Position numbers and translations under genes: made by a program
Notes under the pieces: generated by a model
What the model saw: the letters and a program-made list of their open reading frames with translations, nothing else
The model's database searches: none
Told to the model about the DNA's origin: nothing
Part shown: in pieces, positions 33,711-45,041 of the stretch
How positions within the stretch are numbered: the stretch's first letter is position 1
How the letters are laid out: the number at the start of each line of letters is the position of its first letter
Source: Yuukianura sp. NJ FZ-2021
Lineage: Eukaryota
Direction: 5' to 3'
Length of the DNA: 64,000 nt
Assembly: GCA_046563655.1 (NCBI GenBank)
Contig: CM102283.1
Span: 4,216,001 to 4,280,000 of the forward strand

Positions 33711-36700
33711 ATGGCAGGTAATTACTTTTGCTCATTTTGCTCCACATACTTTGATTCACTTGAGCTGTTTGAAAGTCACTGCCGGAGATATCACAACAGG
33801 AATACTGAACAAGCAAGTAAGACTTTGAAAATGTAAATTGTAGCTTTTTTTTTATCTATGTCGAATTGTTTTTTGTTTTAAATTTCAGTGGAACAACCGG
33901 GTTCAAGCAGATCCATGAGGGGTGGACCAGTTCACAATACCAATTTTGAGAACAGCTTAGACAACAGTCAATTCAACGAAGCTTTAACTGATGTTGTTAA
34001 TATTAATAATAACGGTATACTTATTAAATCCTTTCTTTGCTAAAATGTAACTTTATGAATGATTTGGTTTCTCAGAGCTCTTGATGGAGCTTACTGCGGA
34101 TGATCTTGATGTGATTGAGCAAGTACTGCGGGAAGATGACCTTAGCCTTGGTAAGTGAGCTAACATAACCTAGATTTGGTTCAAATTTGTATTTTTTTTC
34201 CAGAACTGTCTCCGCCAAATGATTGGACAGAAAACGTAAATTTTAAGAACCGATTTTGTCCACTGTGTGTTGTTCGTTTCAAAGACGCGGGTGATTTGGA
34301 TTTACATCGGTTTGTCTATCATCCGGAACTTTTTGAGAGAAGTGAAATACCAGTTCAAGTAGGTGGACGATTAAATGCTGCTGAATTTGTTCTCCAGCGT
34401 GGAAGAAGAGGACGTGAAGGTATAGTTCGAGAGTATGTTGCTGACTTGACTAGAAGTATTTATGGTGACATTGAAGGAGTGTTTACGTGTCATGAAGTGA
34501 TTCTATTAGAACTTTTGAGGAACATTTTTTTGGAGATTGGAGCGTATAGAATTTTGGGGACCGTCTACGCTGAAATGACAAGATTAGCCAGAGATGTCGC
34601 TGGTGTCAGTGAAAGTGAAGTTTTCCCATTTCACTCATTTATGCATAGTGTTTTAGATCCTAGTATGGTGTCAACAGTTATTCATCAATTACAGCGCAAA
34701 ATGTCACTATCGTTGGAAGCATTTCTATACAATGGTTCGGGGTGGAGAGTGAAACTGTTTACAAAATTTCAACTACGAATTTTGAAATTTCAAATGGACA
34801 GAGCTTCAAGTTACATTCCTACACCAAAGTCAATTCAAAACAAAAATTGTGTTGTGAATATAAGAAACACTGATGAGTACTGTTTCAAGTATTGTATTTT
34901 GGCGGCATTGTTTCCTCTTTACCAGAATCCAAACATTAACTGGAAAAGATTCACAGATCCGAGAGAGTATCTTAAATACAAATGCAGTGTTGACTTTGAC
35001 TGTATCAACTTTCCAATGTCAATTTGTCAGATGGATAAATTCTTGCACTTTAACTCCAGTTTAGCAGTAAATGTTTATGGTTATGAGGAATTGGATGAAC
35101 TGGACTCTAACATTTCAAAAAAGAAGGTCACCGTTTTTCCATTGTATGTGTGTAAGGAAAGAAGAAAGTTTAACATTGACTTGCTCTTGTTACTAGATGG
35201 TTTGAAAGCTCACTTCACTTTATTAAAGAAAAGTGATTTAAATCCTTCGGAAGGTCTTTCTAGACTTTTGGGAAAGGAAGAACGGAATTATGCAAAATAC
35301 ATCTGCAGATTCTGTTTACTCTATTGGAAAACAAAGAAGAAGCTCGAGAATCATGAGAAATACTGTGCCGCTTTAGAACTACAAAGAGTTTCGTTACCAA
35401 ATGAAAAGTATTTCAATTTCACAAGAATTAAGAGAACACTGCCTGTACCAGTTGTCGGTTATTTGGATTTTGAAGCAATTTTATTTCCACAAGCAGCAAG
35501 TGACCTAACGTCAAAGATTGGTGATGTGTACAATGAGCACATTGCTTGTGGGTGGTCACTCATATTGATTGGACCTCTCGGTGAAGCACTGGAAGGAATT
35601 AAAATTTTTCAAGGTCATGACGCGCAGCATACTGCTCTTGATGAGTTAATCAATACGGCTTCAAAATATTTTCCACTTCTAAAAGTTGATGTTGGGCGGG
35701 ATGCAAGATGGAGTACTACAGACTTTTATAACTTGCTTCATGCCTCAACACACTGTATACATTGTGGTATGGAGGTTCCTAACCGCGAAAAAGTGATTGA
35801 TCATTGTCATTATACCGGAGCTATTCGTGGAATGAGTTGTAGCAAGTGTAACTTAAATTGTGAGACAGTTAATTTCATTCCAATCATATGTCACGGTTTT
35901 CGTCACTACGACTCAAAATTTATTGTACAAGCTCTTAAAAGTACAAAACTGAAAAAAGTGGAAGTGCTACCTCACTCGATTGAAAAGTTTACTTCAATGC
36001 AATTGACAACGTTAGAAGGATATGTACTTAAGTTCATGGATTCTTTTCAGTTTATAAGTTCAAGTTTAGCCGATCAAGTCAAAGTTTTGGCAAAGGATAA
36101 CTTTGATAAGTTTCCCATAACAAAAGCCACATTTGATAAGAATTATAAAAATATTAATTTGTTGTTTCGAAAAGGAGTATATCCTTATACATATTTTGAC
36201 AATTTTGAAAAGTTTGATGAGACAAGTTTACCGCCGAAATGTCTTTGGGTGAGTGACTTAACAGGGAAAGGAATTAGTGATGAAGACTTTGAACATGCAC
36301 AACGTGTTTGGAAAGAATTTGGTTGTAAAACTTTGAGGGATTACCACAACCTATACGTATCTCTAGATGTCACACTTCTTGCTGACTGTTTTCAAAACTT
36401 TAGGCAAAGATTTTTAGCAGATTTCCGTTTAGACCCTGCTCACTATTACACTTTGCCTGGTATAGCATATGATGCTGCTATACTATGTGGCAGTGTTGGT
36501 TTTGAATATTTGCAAGATTTGGATCAATATACGTTTATTGAGAGAGGAATTAGGGGTGGTATTTGTAGCGTTGGCTTGCGCTATGCAAAAGCAAACAACA
36601 AATTCTTAGGTTCATCCTATGACCCTACGCTACCAACAAGTTATTTATGTTTGTGGGATGCAAACGTGCTGTACGCCCACCAACTTCGAAATTTTGTACC

Positions 36701-37995
36701 ATGGAAAGACTTCCGGTGGGATTTATGCTTGTGGCAAAGGTCAGTGAAGCTGGAAGATGTCATAAAGATGATTCGGGGTATGGACGACGAAGCAGAAGAA
36801 GGTTTAATTTTGGAAGTAGATTTGATGTATCCAAAGGAGCTGCATGATTTGCACAACGATTACCCACTTGCAGTTGAGCGGCGATCTATTCAGTTTTCAG
36901 ATTTGTCATCCTACACACATCATGTTATGTATAACGCAGGAGCGAAGTCTTCAACTCAAAAAAAGACAAAGTTGGTGGGAAGTTTAGAAGATAAAAAGAA
37001 TTATGTTGTACATTACAGATTACTAAAACTTTTTCTAGAACTTGGTTTGAAGTTGACAAAAGTACACTGTGCTTTGAGGTTCAGACAAGCACCATTGTTC
37101 CGTGTATACTGTGAGTTGTGTATAAAAAGGCGCCAAGGGTCAACAAATGAAGTAGACAAGAAAGCCTACAAAGCTTTGGGTAACATTTTAGTTGGAAAAA
37201 CCTTTCAAAATGTTAGAAAATATAAGCGAATTAATGTTGCCCTATCAAAAGAGAAGATTTTGGAGTATGGTAAAAAGCCTACGGTGGAAGATATTAGAAT
37301 AATACATGATGACTGTGTTCTATTTCAAATGAAAAAGTTGTCTGTGTGTTTAAATAAGCCAATATTTGTAGGGCTTACAGTGTTAGACGATAGTAAAAAA
37401 CAAATGTATGAAGTATACTATAAGAAACTGAAACCACGTTATGGTAGTAATATGCGTCTAATATTTACAGATACTGATAGTTTTATGTTATATATTAAGA
37501 CAGAAGATGTTTATGCAGATATTTATGCTAGTGTAAGGCAAGACGAAGGGCTATTTGATACGTCAAATTTTAAGAAAAGTGATAAGCTACTAGGACACTT
37601 GTACAGTGACAAGCATGCTGGAGAAGGGGGATACTACAAAGATGAGAGTCCAGAGTGCATAATTTCTGAAGTTGTGGCTCTAAAACCAAAACTATATTCT
37701 TTGAAGCTGGTGACACGTGACGGAGAGGAGAGAGAAATTAAAAAAGCAAAAGGTACTGTGACTGCAGTGCTGGAGTCTCAGTTAAGCTTCAAAGATTATA
37801 AAGATGTATTAGAGGAAGGTAGCTGTAGATTTGTATCAATGAATACTATTCGTAGTTTAAATCAAACTGTACACAACAACAATGAAAAAGCAGAGCTTGT
37901 CTGCGGTAGATGACAAGGCCTTTTATTTGACACCAATTGAATCCCTTAGATTTGGACATTATAAGATTAAAGAGTTTCAAGATAGTGTTGTGTAG
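33711..37995 (+). CDS. polB: Protein-primed family B DNA polymerase, spliced (exons 33711-33816, 33889-34014, 34076-34150, 34204-end), frameshift near 37873
   Basis: YLDFE, DHCH..G..RG..C..CN, KGVYPY, RGG, WDANVLY, K...N...GK, FTDTDS. The conserved DDK...GHY tail continues in another frame to TAG at 37995. The main track ORF is 34176-37913; the upstream exons are inferred. Confidence 0.93.
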
Positions 37996-38083
37996 AAAGA
38001 AAAAAAAAACCAGTTTAATAAAAATTTAATAAATCATGTTTTGAATATGTTTCACTTCATTTGTGTACAGAAGTTCGGATAGG

Positions 38084-38728
38084 ATGGAGTTCAGGCCTGA
38101 ATTGATTCATCCGTTTGTGATGGTGTTGAGTGGACCTACACAAAGTGGAAAGAGTACACTGATTAGACAATTGATTGAAAGGAGAGATGAAGTAATTGAA
38201 CCAAAAATTAGGCGTATTATTTATTGCTACAGTGAGGATGAGCCTAGTTTTGCGGAGACATTGAGATTACATCATAAAGTTGAATTTAAGCAAGGGATGG
38301 AGAATTTGGATGTGGCAGAAGGAAATCAAGTGGAAACAATGGTGATTTTAGATGACTTCATGGAGGTTATTGCCAACTCGAAAGAAGTCTGTGCCATGGC
38401 CACCAGAGGCTCTCATCATCGCTCTCTTAGTTTAATTATAACAGTGCAAAATTTTTTTTATAAGGGATGTAGAAACCTAACTTTAAATAGTAAATATGTA
38501 GTTTTGTTTCGAAATCCCAGGGATACAACAATTATAAAATACTTGGCAAGGCAAATGAATGGCGGAAAGTCAAACGGGTTGTTGGAAGAAGCATATGAAG
38601 ACGCAACAAAAAACAAGCCCAATAGTTATTTGTTTATTGATTTATCTCAAAATCAGGATGACAATTTTCGTTTTAGATCAAATGTGTTTCCCGACTCATC
38701 CTCTTGTATAGTATATATGAAGAGATAA
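38084..38728 (+). CDS. A32-like genome packaging ATPase
   Basis: Walker A GPTQSGKST, Walker B ILDD, RGSHHR, TVQN, LFRNPRD, YLFIDL. Confidence 0.93.
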   Translation: MEFRPELIHPFVMVLSGPTQSGKSTLIRQLIERRDEVIEPKIRRIIYCYSEDEPSFAETLRLHHKVEFKQGMENLDVAEGNQVETMVILDDFMEVIANSKEVCAMATRGSHHRSLSLIITVQNFFYKGCRNLTLNSKYVVLFRNPRDTTIIKYLARQMNGGKSNGLLEEAYEDATKNKPNSYLFIDLSQNQDDNFRFRSNVFPDSSSCIVYMKR

Positions 38729-38744
38729 TAATAAAAGCTTACAG

Positions 38745-39302
38745 TTACAATCTTTTGAGTTTCAAAAGTCCTTCCATCAAACAGTCGTATAACTCAACGG
38801 GCAAAGCGACTCCGACACTTTGATCAAATTGATTCTTAATGTGCAAGTGTGTTGTTCCAGAAAATCCGTTTTCATTTCCAAAAAAAAGTTGCCAACCGTC
38901 TTCCAAGTTAATTTGAGGTGGAGGAAATGGTTTAGGAAATTCTTTCCGGACTTCAACGACCATAGAAAGGGATGTAACTTTCTTTGCACGTTGATTAGGT
39001 GTAGATTGCCGTCTAATTTTTTTTCCACCTCCAGTTCTGCGACAAGTTTGCTCAGATTCAGGCTCAGTTGTAGGTTGAGGAGTTGGGTGGATGACAGTGT
39101 TAATATATGTATCCATTTCGGTAGCAAATGTAGAAGTAGTTGGAGAAGTAGCTTGTTTGTCCATAGTACGTTGCCTTCCAAGTTTATTTAAGTTACAATT
39201 GCAGGAAAAAGTTTTACACACGGTTATCGTAGTTGTATTATTTCTTTTGAAGAAAAAATTGGATAATGTTTGCCAAATAGAACAAAAACTACAAGAGCTC
39301 AT
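38745..39302 (-). CDS. Polinton hypothetical protein with a possibly PC4-like C-terminus (likely start 39164)
   Basis: Low-complexity N-terminus then FSGTTHLHIK...GVALPVELYDCL; resemblance by eye only. Confidence 0.5.
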   Translation of the reverse strand: MSSCSFCSIWQTLSNFFFKRNNTTTITVCKTFSCNCNLNKLGRQRTMDKQATSPTTSTFATEMDTYINTVIHPTPQPTTEPESEQTCRRTGGGKKIRRQSTPNQRAKKVTSLSMVVEVRKEFPKPFPPPQINLEDGWQLFFGNENGFSGTTHLHIKNQFDQSVGVALPVELYDCLMEGLLKLKRL

Positions 39303-39315
39303 TCCTCGATCAAGT

Positions 39316-40301
39316 TCAAACTAGAAATGGTGAAACTTTTAAAAGTTCTTCCCTGTAAAATATTCCAAAAATTGGAACCCCTTTTTGTCTTGGATTTGAA
39401 AGGTGATTGGATTTGTATTATAAATATTTGAAATTGTAAAAATTTCATTTTTCCAAGACTGGGCGTAGCCTTTAGCAAAAGTGGATTTAACTTTACTGAT
39501 AAGTACTTTATCACCAACGTGAAGCAGTTTTGACTTTGGAAATTTGAGTCTAGATGTATATTTTGAGTACAAATTTAAGAAAACTTGAGTTTTTGTTTCG
39601 TTGTTGACTTGATTTGGAGTCATTTTTATTGAGGAATGGTAGGAATTGTTATAAGCCTCAACAAGATTTTGCAAAATATGAGTGTATTTTGTACTATTTG
39701 AATGAGTCATGTACTTTGCAATCCTATTCATGAGAGTTCTGTTAAACCGTTCAACTATTACAGCTTTAAGTTCAGAACGGGTATTAAACAAGTTTACTCC
39801 TACTTTTTTAAGCATAGTTTTGACATTCTTATTAATAAACTCAGATCCCTGATCGCACTGCAACTGCTTAGGCACGCCTCTTTTTTGAAATATTTTTTGT
39901 AAAGTTGTAGCTAAAAGTTTTCCAGTTTTATTTTTGAGTGGAATAGCGTCTGCAACTTTTGAAAAAGCATCAATGCAGGTAGCCAAATATCTATATCCTC
40001 CATTTGTGTCTTTGTACTTGGAAAGGTCAACCAAATCAATACAATACTGATACTTCATTGAGGGAACAAACACTTTTCGCCGAGGATAACGTTTTCTAGC
40101 TTGAACGTGTAAATTATATGCCGGTAGAGATGACAGAGCGTTTCCCACAACCTTAGAAAGTGTGGATGTGGAGAGTTTATTTTCTTTAGATTTAAGTAGA
40201 GTTTTGAGAATTTGGTGTTGTCCAGTAAAAGCAAAACTATTTTTAGGGTTGACATACTGCTGCCTAATTTTTTTTTCAAGTTTGAGGTGACGTCGCGGCA
40301 T
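39316..40301 (-). CDS. int: Retroviral-like DDE (rve) integrase of the Polinton, C-terminal frameshift near 39380
   Basis: IDLVDL, CIDAFSK, QCDQGSEF, KAVIVERFNRTL, YNNSYHSSIKMTP. GIFYREEL lies in a shifted frame (track ORF 39339-40343). Confidence 0.93.
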
Positions 40302-40466
40302 GATGACAAGTAGTTGAGGGGGAGTTGGGGAACTTAAGTTCAAATGTCAAAAGGGGGCGTTGAAAGGTGACTGAACAAATGTTTTGACTATGTAAATTCT
40401 TATAAAGGATTTAGTAATTTGGAAAAGTTTGTTCATTTGAAAAGTTGACATGCCGCTGGGAACATC

Positions 40467-40799
40467 ATGTCTCTAAGATTACGAAAAAATTGTGACTTTT
40501 TGAAATATTTGTCAACTTGTGCAAAAGAACAACGATTAGGGTTAATAAAAAACGCAACAAAGCCTGAAATTGAGTCTATTTGTGAATGCATTTTAAATAT
40601 TTATAAAAAAAACTTTGGAGTGAGTAGTAAAACAATTTCAAAATTAAAACCGCATAAGAAGACAATTCTTTCAATTGTAAAACGAAGAAAAACTTCATTA
40701 TCAAGAAAAAAGAAGCTTTTAACACAACGCGGTGGAGCTATCCTTCCAATTCTCCTTGCATCAATAATTCCACCAGTACTTTCCAGAATTTTAAAATAA
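40467..40799 (+). CDS. Small basic Polinton protein with QRGG and a hydrophobic tail (putative virion protein)
   Basis: ICECILNI and LTQRGGAILPILLASII; lies in the structural gene block. Confidence 0.75.
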   Translation: MSLRLRKNCDFLKYLSTCAKEQRLGLIKNATKPEIESICECILNIYKKNFGVSSKTISKLKPHKKTILSIVKRRKTSLSRKKKLLTQRGGAILPILLASIIPPVLSRILK

Positions 40800-40860
40800 A
40801 GCAGTGAGAAGGGGAATAGGTATCGGGTAGGAGGAGGAGGAGGAGGGAGGATTTGACAGA

Positions 40861-41955
40861 ATGAAGAGGTTGAGATTAGTTTCGGAAGCTGAATATAAAA
40901 AAAAGTTTGACCCTACATTTGAAGTAAGCAGCAGCGGTAACAGTGGAGTTGATTTGACAAAAAGTTTAGATTCAAAGTTGACTCCTACTACTAGTACTTC
41001 TAGTAAAGGGGAACAGTTACAATTTGGTAAACAACTAATTTTGAGTGCAAAGGATATTCCTGATGACATCAAGGCTTTACTTTATCACGACTTTGCGAAA
41101 CGGTTACATGAGAGACGTAAAATTTTAGCCAACCAACCTATTCTTGTTAAAAATGTGGACGGAAAAAAAGGACGAGCGACGAGTGCAATTTTAAACAGTA
41201 ATAATTCTGGAAACTCTTCTATGATTTTGGTTACTGAACCCTACATTTTAAAACAAATTCCAAAAGTGAAAGAAGGAAAAAAATTGTTTAAACATATGAA
41301 AAACTGTAACATTTTTTGGAATGATAAGTTTGAAATTGTTATTGACGAAAACCGAATTCCATTTTCAAATATTATAAATGTCATTTCATATTACTTGGAA
41401 AATTCAAAACGAAGAGAACAGTTTCAACCACCTCCAGGTTGGTATGAAGTACATCAGCACCTTCAATCCGCATTAGTTTCCCCCCCACACGCCATAAGAA
41501 AACTACTAAAGCAATTTAAATCCATACATTATGGTTCCCTAAACATGTCTACTCCAACTAAATCTACTCCAGCGCTTAATTTAGAAAAAACATCTCCAGC
41601 TTCGTCTAGTATCATTTCATTTGAACCGGGTTCAAATTATTCTACAGCTGATTTAAATAGTAGTACAGCAATAGAAACATTACCAAATGACTCTCAGCTT
41701 TTATTGGATGAAGACCAAGAAGTTGGAAGTGGAGGAGTGGAAAGAAGTGGTGTAGTAGATAGACAAGACGAAGAGGGTGTGGAATTTCCTTCAAACAAAC
41801 GTACTACTCCTATGCTAGCACGTTTGAGAAAAAGAAAAACTCCACCTTCAACTCCAAAAAAAGTTAAAGGAAAAGTAGTAAAAGGGAAACAAGTTGGAAA
41901 AGGTTTCAAGCATCGTCCTTCTCCTCCTCCCTTTTTAAATTGGGAAACATACTAA
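40861..41955 (+). CDS. Polinton hypothetical protein, 364 aa (putative core protein)
   Basis: Long ORF with WNDKFEI..IPFSNI..PPPGW core, basic tail, QVGKG, ending WETY. Confidence 0.75.
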   Translation: MKRLRLVSEAEYKKKFDPTFEVSSSGNSGVDLTKSLDSKLTPTTSTSSKGEQLQFGKQLILSAKDIPDDIKALLYHDFAKRLHERRKILANQPILVKNVDGKKGRATSAILNSNNSGNSSMILVTEPYILKQIPKVKEGKKLFKHMKNCNIFWNDKFEIVIDENRIPFSNIINVISYYLENSKRREQFQPPPGWYEVHQHLQSALVSPPHAIRKLLKQFKSIHYGSLNMSTPTKSTPALNLEKTSPASSSIISFEPGSNYSTADLNSSTAIETLPNDSQLLLDEDQEVGSGGVERSGVVDRQDEEGVEFPSNKRTTPMLARLRKRKTPPSTPKKVKGKVVKGKQVGKGFKHRPSPPPFLNWETY

Positions 41956-42049
41956 GAAGAAGAAAAAAAGAGTGAGAAAGAAGGGGAGGCCCCCCCTGGG
42001 GGACAGATCGTGCAACTTTTACTAAAAAAGGGGGGATCCCTTACCGTTT

Positions 42050-42260
42050 TCCTTGGGATTTTTTTCCCAGCGTGTTCACAGTGGATTTAAATCCAGCGTT
42101 CCTCTGGATTTTTTTTTCCAGCGTGTCCACAGTGGATTTAATCCTGCGTTTCTCTTGGATTCTTTTCCAGCGTGTCCACAGTGGATTAAATCCAGCGTTC
42201 CTCGTGGGATTTAAATTCCTGCCTTAACATTGAGTTTTTAAATCCCTGCGTTAACTTTGC
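42050..42260. repeat. About 50-bp tandem repeat (3 copies plus degenerate ends) in the Polinton central intergenic region
   Basis: CCAGCGTGTCCACAGTGGATTTAAATCCAGCGTTCCTC-like units near 42068, 42118 and 42167. Confidence 0.8.
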
Positions 42261-42303
42261 CTTGTTTTTTTTTAAGTGTGTTGTCCATTTTTTAAAAAAA
42301 GTT

Positions 42304-43185
42304 ATGAGTTTAATTGGAAACGAAACTTCATTTTATGTTACTTTACAATCTAATGCTTCCATGGACATTTTCCCTGGAAATAAAATTTCCGATTTTAAAA
42401 ATCGGCTTGGCTCTCCAATTTCTCTTCCACCAGGTCAATGGCAAGTAGCTTTAACAAGTATTAGTTACACATACGGTAGCCCATTCATAAGGAAAGGAGA
42501 TGTTTTATTTGAGAAGAAGAAGAAGAGTGAAGCATCTACTTTGGAAACACCTACTTCAAAAATTATATATTTACATAAAGAAAAACCTTTAGAAACAACA
42601 CATGTGGAAATGAAGGAGGTTGTAGTACCAACAACTGTTCTCATACCACCCCCACCTCCAATCTCATCTTACAAAGATATAACTACAGAATCTGAACTAC
42701 TTCATGTACTTCATAAACTAATTGAGGGAAGTAATTTTGACATTGATGGAAACACATTTTCCTATACTATTCCTCTTAATGAACAAGAAACATTGGAATT
42801 TTCTCCAAAATTATGTGATATTCTTGGCTTAAGTTCTAATCAACTTACCTACTCTCATCAAAATTCAAATGGAAAAAACATTTTTAGCGGGAAAGGAACA
42901 ATGCCAATGTTTTTGAATTCTGGAAATACTAAATTATTCATATATTGTCCTTTAATTCGTCCACAATTTGTTGGAGACGTGATGGTTCCATGCCTCCGTG
43001 TGATTGATTATGATGGAATTACCGGGAAACAGAAAACACATGAATTTATACATCAATTCTTTTATGATATTGCTGTGTCAGAATTTGAAGTAATACACAT
43101 ATATATACGCAATGAAGTTTCTGAACCAGTTGCATTTGAATTTGGTAACGTGACTGTTACACTACGATTTCGAGAAAAACGTTAG
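42304..43185 (+). CDS. Minor capsid (penton, PX) protein
   Basis: FYVTLQSNAS..FPGNKISDF..L..PI.L..QWQVAL N-terminus; LFIYC.LI.PQFVGD...LR and VTVTLRFR C-terminus. Confidence 0.87.
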   Translation: MSLIGNETSFYVTLQSNASMDIFPGNKISDFKNRLGSPISLPPGQWQVALTSISYTYGSPFIRKGDVLFEKKKKSEASTLETPTSKIIYLHKEKPLETTHVEMKEVVVPTTVLIPPPPPISSYKDITTESELLHVLHKLIEGSNFDIDGNTFSYTIPLNEQETLEFSPKLCDILGLSSNQLTYSHQNSNGKNIFSGKGTMPMFLNSGNTKLFIYCPLIRPQFVGDVMVPCLRVIDYDGITGKQKTHEFIHQFFYDIAVSEFEVIHIYIRNEVSEPVAFEFGNVTVTLRFREKR

Positions 43186-43198
43186 GATTTTTTGAAAA

Positions 43199-43687
43199 AT
43201 GAAACATTCAGGATTTAACTGTCGAGTGGATGAGCCGAATCAATTCTTTAAATTAAATTATTATACTCCACAATTTGGATACGGTACAGTAGAACCAAGA
43301 TTATACTTTTCTGGAGTTAGGAGACAAAAGGGAGCTGGAATTGGAGGAGTATTTGGGACTTTAGCTAGACGTTTGTTACCATTTGTTAAACAATTTATAC
43401 TTCCACATGCTGCAAAAGCATTAAAAGGCATTGCTATTGATGCGATTGATGGAAACCAAAATATGAAACAGTCTCTTAAAAGTCATGGTCTTCAGGCACT
43501 TAAGGCTGCAGGGAGGGACGTTCTTAGTCAGAGTGGATTTGGAAGACGAAGACGAAACAAGTCTAAGACAAAGAAGAAGAGTAGGCGTACTTTGAAACGA
43601 GTAGGTCATAAACCCACCAAAAGGAGAAATAAAATCAACAGAAGAAGAAGAAAAAACAATTCAAAAAAAATTAGGTATATTTTTTGA
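43199..43687 (+). CDS. Basic core/DNA-condensing-type protein with QxGxG motifs
   Basis: QFGYG, QKGAGIGG, QSGFG and an Arg/Lys-rich C-terminus. Confidence 0.78.
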   Translation: MKHSGFNCRVDEPNQFFKLNYYTPQFGYGTVEPRLYFSGVRRQKGAGIGGVFGTLARRLLPFVKQFILPHAAKALKGIAIDAIDGNQNMKQSLKSHGLQALKAAGRDVLSQSGFGRRRRNKSKTKKKSRRTLKRVGHKPTKRRNKINRRRRKNNSKKIRYIF

Positions 43688-43697
43688 AAAAAAAAAA

Positions 43698-45041
43698 ATG
43701 CCAAAAGTCAAAGCTTCAAAATTAAAAAGTTCATCCCATGCTGCTCCCTACACTGTCATCCGATCAGAAACACAACTTTTTGAAGAACCTGTCTATGATG
43801 TTTCACTTTCTTCAACTTCAATTTCTGAGTATCATTCAATTAATTCAATCACTGATTCTCAATCTCCACTTGAATTTTTTATTCAATCAAATCAAGTGGA
43901 ATTTTTAGACCTTGCTGAAACTAAACTATATATTAAGGCACGTATTGTTAAAACTGGCAATTCAACTTTAGAGGAAGCGGATATTGTTATACCAACAAAC
44001 AATTTTCTTCATAGTTTGTTTTCACAATGTTCAATTTATCTAAATGAAGTCCAAATCACACCCGCAAATAATTCATATGCTTACAGAGCCTACATTGAAA
44101 CCTTATTAGCATATGGAAAAGAATTTAAAAAATCTCAAAGTCAATGTGCATTTTTCTACAAAGATAAAGATCCTAAAAATACGGATGTAAAATTAGAAGG
44201 CGGTTTGAAAACTCGTTACGATTTGTCAAAATCTTCGAATGTAATTGAATGTTTGGGACGACCATTCACAGATATCTGTATGCAAAATAAGTATTTAGTA
44301 CCTGGAATTGATGTTCGAGTTTCGTTTCTCCGCTCTACTCCAGAATTTTCACTCATCTCCACTGTAGCTAATGCAAAATATCAAGTGCAAATTTTGGAAA
44401 GTAAATTAATAATACAAAAACAAAGCCTTCTTCCATCTCTACTCACTTCTACTCTAAAAACTTGGGAACAAGGAAGACCAGTCACTTATCCTCTGAAACG
44501 TGTTGAAGTCAAAACTTATACAATTTCTCCTGGAACTATAAATAGTGTGAATGAAAACTTGTTAACTGGAATTGTACCAGATAGAATAATTTTGGGACTC
44601 ATTCCTTCTGAAAATTTTATTGGCACTTATGCTACAAATCCTTTTGCTTTTGATCATTTTGGACTAAATTATATTCATGTTTGTGTAAATGGAGATTCTG
44701 GTTCAAGCCTTCCAGTCCATTGTGATTTTGAAGAGAATCAGTACGTACAATTGTACAGTAACCTTTTCTATGGACTTGGAATTTCAAATGATGACGTTGG
44801 AATTGATTTAAATTGGAGTGAATTTAAATCTAATCCACTATTCGTTTACAACTTGAGACATATAAAAGACGGATTTCCAGCTCCAAAATATGGAAATGTT
44901 AAAATTGATTTAAAGTTTAAGGAAGGTTTGAAAAAAGCAATTACTGTCGTTGTCTATTCTGAACTACAGTCAGTCTTGCATATCGATAGTTCCAAATCAG
45001 TTTACTTTAGAGACTACAGCGGATCAACTATTGATTCATGA
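43698..45041 (+). CDS. Major capsid protein (double jelly-roll, PY)
   Basis: 447 aa; SPLEF, NNFLHSLFSQ, YAYRAYIETLL, Q.KYLVPG, NPFAFDHF motifs; adjacent to the protease. Confidence 0.92.
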   Translation: MPKVKASKLKSSSHAAPYTVIRSETQLFEEPVYDVSLSSTSISEYHSINSITDSQSPLEFFIQSNQVEFLDLAETKLYIKARIVKTGNSTLEEADIVIPTNNFLHSLFSQCSIYLNEVQITPANNSYAYRAYIETLLAYGKEFKKSQSQCAFFYKDKDPKNTDVKLEGGLKTRYDLSKSSNVIECLGRPFTDICMQNKYLVPGIDVRVSFLRSTPEFSLISTVANAKYQVQILESKLIIQKQSLLPSLLTSTLKTWEQGRPVTYPLKRVEVKTYTISPGTINSVNENLLTGIVPDRIILGLIPSENFIGTYATNPFAFDHFGLNYIHVCVNGDSGSSLPVHCDFEENQYVQLYSNLFYGLGISNDDVGIDLNWSEFKSNPLFVYNLRHIKDGFPAPKYGNVKIDLKFKEGLKKAITVVVYSELQSVLHIDSSKSVYFRDYSGSTIDS

